A program made the translations under genes and the position numbers. Shown here piece after piece: positions 56,911-64,000 of a stretch of DNA of 64,000 nt. This stretch comes from Candidatus Eiseniibacteriota bacterium (lineage in GTDB: Bacteria; Eisenbacteria; RBG-16-71-46; CAVPCR01), in the NCBI GenBank assembly GCA_963702435.1, contig CAVPCR010000002.1, positions 576,001 through 640,000 on the forward strand. The letters are read 5' to 3'. The notes beneath the pieces are model-generated. The model was not told where the DNA came from and made no database searches. It saw only the letters and a program-made list of their open reading frames with translations. Position 1 is the first letter of the stretch; every line of letters begins with the position of its first letter.

Positions 56911-57658
56911 GTTTCTTGCTCCGTCGCTGGGCGGCCAGCCAACTCCGACCTCGCCGCTTCATCAGCGGAGCCTGCCTGGACCGACTGCCTGGAATCACAT
57001 AGGCAGTCAGCTTGCGCAGCACTGGCTTGTGTAGTTGCTGGAGTGGTCGCTATCATTCTGAGCAAGAAGATGCTGCGGTCTCCAGACGAAGTCCTGCTTG
57101 AAACGCTTCGATCAGGTGCAGGCCATGGAGCTTCAATGCCAGGGCGACTCGCACATCGCTGCCAGATGACGGAGGCTCGAGCAGCTTGGAGAAGAAGTAG
57201 TCGCGACTGGACGACACGAGGTCAAACAGAAGCGCGGTTTGTGCGCTTTGCGGACGTGTAGCGCAAAGCGAAGGGAATGGTATCGACGAACAAGAAACGG
57301 TGCGGCAAGATCAGAGAGCTCGTCTCGAGATCAGGGACGAGGACGGGGGGAACGTGCGAAGGACGCGACCGACCCAGGGTCGATCCAACGTCGTAGAAGT
57401 AGCGAATCGCGGAACCCTCCGGAGTCCACGGCGCAGCCTCGGCAATAAGAAGAGACCGACCGGGATGCCATTCAACCTGGCGAGGTTCCGCTCCCAGGCG
57501 CTCTCAGTAACCCTGAAGATCTCGTTGAGCTGTGGCAATTGCTCCGAGACCGTTGGTGGGGAAACAGGCGATTGACGGCAGCGAAGGCATCAGGAAACAG
57601 CGATTCGAGGGAGGTCACTGTCGATTCCTTTTGCATTGCTGCTCGTCATGCACGATCT

Positions 57659-58588
57659 TCACCCCAGAAACCGATTCTCGTTGTGCCAGCGCAGGTAGTC
57701 CGACGGGGCCGCTCCGCAGCGTTGGCCGGCACTCGCAGAACTCGCCCCTCGAGAGGGTAGTAGGTTCGTCCGTTCTCGTAATGTCGCGGGAGCCTCTGCT
57801 GACGTGGAACTTCAGGTCAGGCGTGACTGTGACGTAGCCCTTGTGAGCAGGCGATGAACATCAGCGCGAAGCAGTACGCCGTTCCTCACCTCGTGATTCC
57901 CGGCGTCCGCATATGGACGAAGTGAGCCGCTTCGAGAGCGGGCAGGGAATGCTCTAAGGTCACCGCGCAACCGCGGCCGTAGGCCTCCATCGACGGCGAT
58001 CCTCACGGTACCCTGGCCGAGCCGAGGGGCGACCGAGTGTCGGCTTGCCGTATCGATGCTCGGCAACTCCCGTCCTGTGAGCGGCTTCAGCGTGGGAGCG
58101 CCCCTCTCGCCCGCCGTGGCGCAGCACTCCGACCAGACTCTCGCCCTCGCCCGATGCGAGGTCGTACTTCTTGTCGGTCTGGGTCCTTGCGGGCCAGTCG
58201 CGTGGCGGCCTTACCCAAGCCTCAGGCGAGAAAAAGGTCGGCTGAACGAGGAGGATGCACCCGATGTCCGCAGGAGCGTTGCCTCGGTAGTGAATGCGGT
58301 CCCGAATGCCGCTGATCCGCCCACGCATCTCCCCGAGGCTCTCGCATCCATCTCCGATGCCGAATGTCTCCCAGGCCAGCCAGTCGGGAAGCCGTGAGTA
58401 GCGAACGAAGAACCGCGACCCGCAGATCGCGCTCTCTGGAGCGCGGAGCTTGAAGAGGTAATGGAGAAGGGTTGGCGAGGAAGGCGCGGGGTGGCCGAGG
58501 GCTTCCAGAAGTTCACCTCCTCGAGCTCGGGGCGAGAGCTGAGCCGCTCGTACCAGGCCGTATCCGTGATGGCGATCGTGCCCTGCAT
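57659..58588 (-). pseudogene. Putative restriction-type HNH endonuclease, frameshifted
   Basis: AITDTAWY..L....EEVNFWKP, FKLRAP, AWETFG, PRLGQG, LEAAH.RPY, NGVLLRADVHRL, YLRWHNE distributed over several frames. Confidence 0.78.
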
Positions 58589-58628
58589 GCGTCACTCCGC
58601 CTGAACCGCGATGCTCCGCCGATGGCAC

Positions 58629-59529
58629 TCATGCCGCGCTCCTGAACTCGCGTGCGGGGCTCAAGGTCTGGGAGCGGACGGCGAACTCCGCGGCCGGAGG
58701 CCGAGGCGCACGAGTCGAACCTGAAACCTGCTTCAGCATGGACCGTCGATCTGCTCGAGCACGTTGCGCTGGACTTCCACGACGTAGTCCGGACGGATTA
58801 CATATCAGCCAATCAATGTCCTGAGTAAACTTGCTCAGCGCAAGACCATCTTCACCGTTGGCTCGCCCTGGGGTCGGCGTCGGGAACGATGTGGGCCGCA
58901 TCGAGAAGATCGCGGTGTCGGAGCCGGCACAGCGTGCATTCGTCGCGGTAGGCACGAAGCACTGAGTAGCCAGAGCGCTGGTGGATAGCGTGAGTGATGG
59001 AGTCATATACGCGCGCGGCCCTCTGCTAATGGACTGCACGCGCCCCGCTCGCCCCGACAGCCTCTACGCGGTCAACGAGGCGCAGGTCATCGGCCGCCAC
59101 CGTGAAGCTGAGCTGAGCCGGATCATCCCCGACGATGAAGACGGGCCAGACGGCCAGGTATCGCCCAGGGGCAACGCCGTGGAAGTAGACGAGCGGGATC
59201 TGGAGGCGCATGGCTTCTCGGAGGCCGACATTGTCCCGATGGGTCGGGTCCGTGCCTCGATACCGATAGCGCAGGAGACCATCGCCTCCGAAGCTGTCGT
59301 CATAGGGACCTTCGGGGGCCGTCGTGATCGACAGCGGAAGCGCTGCGAGAGCAGGCTTGAAGATCCCCTGCGGTCCGACGAGCGGCACCCGTTGCCCGTC
59401 GAACTCGAACCCCTTCCGGAGGACATCGAGCGGCAGAACGTCATCGTGGAGGGCGACTTGCTCCGCGAGCCAGCTGAAGGCGGCCATACGGATCGCCGCA
59501 TCCCTTTGCTGGTCGTACTGCGAACTCAT
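58629..59529 (-). pseudogene. Putative restriction endonuclease with SRA-like N-terminal domain; HNH half degraded
   Basis: Intact N-terminal half (QGIFKP, LSITT, PYDD, YRYRGTDP.H.DN.GLR.AM..Q.PLVYF.G..PG.Y); C-terminal half broken (remnants such as DGLALSK, ends EFRSAA). Confidence 0.7.
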
Positions 59530-59584
59530 CGGCTCACACCCTCTTGCGGTACTTGACGGCCGGGGCGTTCGAGATGTTCGGAAT

Positions 59585-59666
59585 CATCCGGCGGCCAGCG
59601 ACGGGAGGGGCGAGGGCCTGAGGCCAGCCGACTGCTGCAGGCACGAGGCGGGAGTCTAGCAGGCGG
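59585..59666. repeat. 82-bp direct repeat, copy 2 (upstream of the SRA-HNH gene)
   Basis: Matches 56243-56324. Confidence 0.92.
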
Positions 59667-59765
59667 AGAAAGGGCCGCTCGAAGGCCAGAGCAGGTCGCA
59701 CCAACATCGCCCCTACGGCGTTGATCCCCCATGAGAAAGACACCGCTCCGGGACGATTCATGACT

Positions 59766-60174
59766 TCAGCCACGGGACCGCCGGGTTCGTCCCCGGCTCA
59801 GTTGCCGTTCTATTGCGCGCTCCACCCTCGGCGGCAGTTGCCACAGCCCAAGCCGACCGCCGCACCGGATGGGTTCGCGAAGCGGGCGTGGGCGCGCTCA
59901 GGACCCAGCCGAGCGGCCCGATGAACCACTTGGAGCGGTGCTGATTCACAACTGCCACGACGTCCACGACCCCGATGATGGCGCCGTGGAGCAACTCGTC
60001 GCTGTTTGGCTTCTTCACACCGCGCGGAAGCCCATCCAACGAATCCAAGCCAGATCCGGCGTGGATCGCGATCGTCCCGACCACGTGCCGGTTCGTCCAG
60101 CTGCGATTCTCGATGTTCTTTCCTGCGTGAATGATCGCCCAGGCCCACGGCTGGCGAACAGTTAGACCCTTCAT
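59766..60174 (-). CDS. ASCH (PUA-superfamily) domain protein with one frameshift near 59885
   Basis: LTVRQPWAWAIIHAGKNIENRSW, IAIHAG, GAIIGVV; shifted frame gives PIRCGGRLGLW. Confidence 0.82.
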
Positions 60175-60286
60175 ATCCCTCCTTACACGACCGCTCCGGG
60201 CACAAGGCGAGAGTTGAGCAGGCAAGCCGCGGCGCCTCAGAGGTCACAGCGGCAAATCGGCACGATGGCAGGTGCCAAGGAGCGCC

Positions 60287-61348
60287 CTATCCGCCCCCGC
60301 TCCCGTGCCCATGCCGGTGATGGAGGTCGGGCCAGTGCGGGTGCGCATGCACGACAGCCTCGTGGCGATGGCGGTGCGAGTGCGCTCTCGCGGCGGCCGC
60401 CGCCTCGCGCCCCACATGCTCGTGCGAGTGGTGTCCATCATCGTGCCCATGCGCGTGCTCGTGATCGAGCGCCTCATGTTCGTGCAGGTGCGCATGGCGC
60501 TCCGCGGTGAGGAGTCCGATGCCGGCGACGAAGAGAAGCCCCGAGACCAGGTGCACGAGGCCGAGGGACTCGCCGAGCACGAGGGCGGAGAGCGTGACGC
60601 CGAAGAATGGCGCGGTCGCAAAGGCCACCTGCGCGCGCGTGGCGCCAAGCGCCTGCGCCGAGGAGATGTAGAGAACGATGCTCGCGCCGTAGGACCAGAT
60701 GCCGACGAAGAGCGCGGCGAGCACCGCCAGCGCCCCTCCGCCGAGCGGATCCAGGACAAGCCCGATCGCGAGGTTCGTCGTGCCAGCAAGCAGCCCCTTC
60801 CAGAAGGTGCTCTCCGCTGGCGTGATCCCGTCGATGAGCGCCGTCAGGTGGTTGTCGAATCCCCAGCACACGCACCCGAGCAAGACCAGGACCGCAGCCG
60901 CGAGTCCCGCGCTCCCCCCGCCGAGGGACAGCAACGCTGCGCCGGCCAGGGCGGCGGCGACCCCCGCCCATCCGGTGCGCCCCAGGTGGTCATGGAAGAT
61001 GAGGACCCCGATGACGGCGGTCGCCGCCACCTCGAAGTTGAGCCACAGGGAGACCGAAGCGGCGGCGGCGAGGCGGAGTCCGAGAAGGAGAAGGACCGGG
61101 CCGACGACCCCGCCAAGAACCACGGCGCCGAGGAGGCGGACGCGGTTTCGCGGATCGGCCCCCCCGGGCAGGCGGATGCGACCGCGGCGCCGCAGGGCCA
61201 CCGGCGCCGCCCCCAGCGCGGCCCCCAGGTAGAGGAGTCCCGCGAGCTGGAATGGCTTGAGCGAGCCCAGGAGCCACTTGCTCGCCGGCGTCGCCGCGCC
61301 GAAGAGGAGCGCGGCAAGAAGAGCGAGCACCGTGGGCCAGGCGTTCAT
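60287..61348 (-). CDS. EamA/DMT transporter with His-rich C-terminal tail
   Basis: LFGAATPASK, LAGLLYLGA, SLWLNFE, WGFDNHLT, tail HAHLHEH...H.HPHWPDLHHRHGH. Confidence 0.9.
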   Translation of the reverse strand: MNAWPTVLALLAALLFGAATPASKWLLGSLKPFQLAGLLYLGAALGAAPVALRRRGRIRLPGGADPRNRVRLLGAVVLGGVVGPVLLLLGLRLAAAASVSLWLNFEVAATAVIGVLIFHDHLGRTGWAGVAAALAGAALLSLGGGSAGLAAAVLVLLGCVCWGFDNHLTALIDGITPAESTFWKGLLAGTTNLAIGLVLDPLGGGALAVLAALFVGIWSYGASIVLYISSAQALGATRAQVAFATAPFFGVTLSALVLGESLGLVHLVSGLLFVAGIGLLTAERHAHLHEHEALDHEHAHGHDDGHHSHEHVGREAAAAARAHSHRHRHEAVVHAHPHWPDLHHRHGHGSGGG

Positions 61349-61399
61349 GCACCTTCCCCCGCGCGCGGACCGACGACCGGATCGACATCGGGGCCTCAA

Positions 61400-62147
61400 G
61401 CGACGCACGCATCTCAGAGGCCTCCCCGCGGTGATCCGGCGCCCGCCTCTGCTCGATCTCATCCACCTTCCGGCGCAGGACATCTATCTCCCCCTCCTGC
61501 CGCTCCTTGGCGGGATCCATGAACCACGCCGCGACGAAGCCCGAGAGAACGCCCAGGAACATGACCCCGACCAGCATGATGATGACCCCGACGACGCGTC
61601 CCTCGGTGGTCACTGGATAGCGATCCCCATACCCTGCCGCAGTGATCGTACTGATGGACCACCACACGGCGTCACCTGGGTTGCCGATGTTCGACTCTGG
61701 CACGGTCTCGAACTCCAGCACCGCGACACTGCCGAAGATGATAGCAACGATGGCGACCATCCCGGCGGCCAGGATGCCGCTCTGCGCGCGGCGCTCCAGA
61801 ACAAACGCGGCAAGAGCGCGCGTGGATCGCACGGCCCGCAGGACGCGCACGATGCGACGATGCGACTGACGCGTCCGATGCGAAGCGCCGCCACGACCGG
61901 AGATGCTGGACAGGATGTCGAGGAGGCCCTCGAACCGCAGGTAAGACCACTTGTTTGGTGCGCGCCGGAGTGAAACGAGAAAGTCAGGAAAGAAGATGGC
62001 GCAGATGGCGATATCAGCATGCTCCAGGAAGGTCTTGACGTCGTCATTGACCGGAAGAAACCAGGTGATCGCGAGAAGCAGTAACGAGACCACGCTGATG
62101 AAGAGCATGAAGATGAGATACAGGGTATTCCGAGGTGCGCGACTCAT
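61400..62147 (-). CDS. Voltage-gated-type potassium channel (ion transporter); S3-S4 region and C-terminus appear damaged
   Basis: TM helices, RIVRVLRAVR S4-like segment, DAVWWSISTITAAGYGDRYPVTTEGR; 3' end approximate. Confidence 0.8.
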
Positions 62148-62312
62148 GAGCCCCCCAAGGGATGTGCATGAGGTTCCTGCCGCCGCAAAGGCACCATGGG
62201 CGGCAAGGCGCGGGCAGCCTGGCGACACTCAGTTTAGCAAGGTCGGTGCGCGCGGCTCAATATCCCCCTCCGCCGACGTGCATCGGTGGATGCAGGCGGC
62301 GCGCTCGAAAAC

Positions 62313-62778
62313 TCAGCGCCCCGCCTTCGCAAGCATCTTGGCAATGATGAAAGCAGTCGGAAGGAGCGCGATCAGTCCGCCGATGTTCCACCAGCGTTCC
62401 AACTCCTTCACCTCCGCCTTCGATTCAGCATCGTGGTACTGCCAAGCGATCTTGTTCCCGATGAACCCGAACACGACGTGTGCGAGCGACCACGCGGGCC
62501 AGAAGAGCTTGTGAACCCGTAGGAACAGAGGACCACGCCGATCGTAAGTAGAGCGCCATGCCCCGAAAACCAGAGCACGGGACACAGCAGGCTCCCCAGT
62601 TGAACCCGAAGTTTCTCGGCTCCTCGCGCGGGGGCTTGGCGGCGACGTCCACTCCAGCCAACTGATTCACCACTCCGCACCTGGGGCATGTCGTCACTTC
62701 GGAGCCGATCGGTGACGCACAGAACTTGCACCTGCGCTGAATCGCCTGTACCGCTCCCTCGCCATCCGACGTAGTCAT
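62313..62778 (-). pseudogene. Zinc-ribbon plus DUF2628-like membrane protein, frameshifted
   Basis: CKFC..CPRC, FNWGA, GFIGNKIAW across frames. Confidence 0.5.
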
Positions 62779-62852
62779 CTGCGGCCTCCATCCTCAAGTG
62801 GGTGCCGGCCCGAAGCCGGCGCCTGGTCGCCGGGCCCGGAATGGCCCGCCAG

Positions 62853-63270
62853 TCACTTCTCCTTGCCGCGCAGATACGCCATCACCGACGTCCAGTCTGG
62901 GAACTGCGCCGACCCGAAGTGGATGTGCTCTCCCCGGAAGAGATCGACGCCGTGCTTGATGCGGTCATCGATCAGCAAGTCCCCTTTGTTCAGGTTCTTG
63001 TGGTGCGTGATGATGAGTCGCTTGTGCGCTGCCGGTTCGAGGTGCTTCTTCACCCAGAGCAGCTTGTCGGACCAGGCGAACGGGTTCGCACAGGGTGCGG
63101 TCGACAGGATGTAGGTTTCGAAGCGACCGGCCCGGTCACGAATGCCGCGACGGCGCCATCGATCGGATCCATGAGCGCGAAGATCCGGGGATGTCGTCCT
63201 GGTGACCCTCGTACTGGTCGGCGACGTCCTTGGGTACTCGGGGTAGCCCGCTCGGGAAGTCCAAGCAAGA
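62853..63270 (-). pseudogene. 5'(3')-deoxyribonucleotidase (NT5C/HAD) fragment lacking its N-terminus
   Basis: IFALMDPIDGA, YILSTAP..NP.AWSDKL.WV, KRLIITHHKNLNKGDLLIDDR, FPDW; no DxDGV motif found upstream. Confidence 0.75.
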
Positions 63271-63309
63271 CACGCTCGATCGGCAGTGGTGGGACCAAGG
63301 CAGCAATGG

Positions 63310-63540
63310 TCAGCGACTGCCGCCGCGACAAGGTCGCTTGGCCCCTCGGTCCGTGTGGCCTGTCCCCGGAGGGACGGCGACGGCGCTGCCGAGGAGGACG
63401 AGGCCGGTGCCGGCGCCCTGGGCGAGACCGACCGCCGGTCGCGACACCCCGGAGAACCGCAGCACGCTCGCCGGCAGCAGGACAAGGGCGAGCCCGACGA
63501 AGAGCGAGCCATAGAGTAGTCCGCGGATCAGGGCGAGCAC
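63310..63540 (-). pseudogene. N-terminal fragment of a membrane protein, possibly isoprenylcysteine/phospholipid methyltransferase family
   Basis: LALIRGLLYGSLFVGLALVLLPA hydrophobic start that ends abruptly; family call is weak. Confidence 0.3.
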
Positions 63541-63594
63541 AGGGTCGGTCCTCGCATCCTCGCCATCCTCGCATCCTCAATCCTGGAGATCCGC

Positions 63595-64000
63595 CTAGCT
63601 GATCTTCGTCCGCAAGCGCTCCTTCGGGTCGTCGAAGCACACCTCTCGCGGATCGAAGGCGGCCGAATCGTAGTCGCGACCGAGCCACTCCCTGACTTCT
63701 GCGAGCGCCTTGGGGTCAAAGCCATGGAGGGTGCGCAGCAGGTCCGAGTAGCCCCCGATACCGCCGCAGTCCTCCGGCAGATACGCCCGGGCGCCCTTGA
63801 GACAGAGGGGATAGGTCACCTGCGCAGCTCGCGCGTGAAGTAAGTCGCTGATGGCGACCTTCCGCTCGGTCAGCATGGCCTCTCTGAAGTCATCGAGATC
63901 GGGGTCCCCGATCTCATGGATGGCGCCCGTCCCCGAACTCCGCCCCCGGAAGACATGCAGGCGACCGTCCAGCCATCCCATCGCGTCCTGGATGGCCACA
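63595..64000 (-). CDS. Plasmid pRiA4b ORF-3 family protein, partial and apparently internally shortened
   Basis: IQDAMGW....LH.F, YPLCLKGARA.PEDCGGIGGY, W....YD...FD. Confidence 0.8.
   Translation of the reverse strand, partial: VAIQDAMGWLDGRLHVFRGRSSGTGAIHEIGDPDLDDFREAMLTERKVAISDLLHARAAQVTYPLCLKGARAYLPEDCGGIGGYSDLLRTLHGFDPKALAEVREWLGRDYDSAAFDPREVCFDDPKERLRTKIS

Noticed and set aside
56930..57650. Possible additional minus-strand gene remnant in lower-GC sequence
   Set aside because: Only short broken frames with no recognisable motif; no call can be supported
51326..64000. Prophage, ICE or IS element
   Set aside because: No integrase, transposase, phage structural or conjugation genes recognised within the window

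Overview
GC-rich (about 70% by eye) bacterial chromosome segment from a diderm. The dockerin-like secreted protein and the gene order suggest an uncultured FCB-affiliated lineage such as Ca. Eisenbacteria; this is inference only. 1-3.7 kb: housekeeping genes (glyA, LMW phosphatase, tsaC, purE, purD). 3.9-37.8 kb: a near-complete type IVa pilus locus (pilQPONM, pilD, PilGHI-like ABC module, pilA, pilR, pilS, pilC, pilT, pilB, comEA) with four sigma-54 promoter motifs. A 14.6-kb block separates pilB from pilT and carries an S8 protease, two membrane-embedded SAM-dependent (spermidine-synthase-like) paralogs, a YfhO/GT-C glycosyltransferase, a methyltransferase and a stand-alone propeptide-like ORF. 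38-44 kb: one ORF fusing an ECF-type S-component to a TonB-receptor-like outer-membrane barrel through an internal signal peptide (top finding), then PHP and TPR genes. 45-51 kb: a toxin-antitoxin pair, hutUI and TMEM175. 51-64 kb: a defence-like accessory region with a MazG-like + DUF2075 nuclease-helicase pair, dinG, three frameshifted HNH nucleases between 82-bp direct repeats, ASCH and other broken genes. Indels in glyA and pilC suggest long-read errors, so the pseudogene calls are provisional. No tRNA, rRNA, CRISPR array or integrase was recognised.
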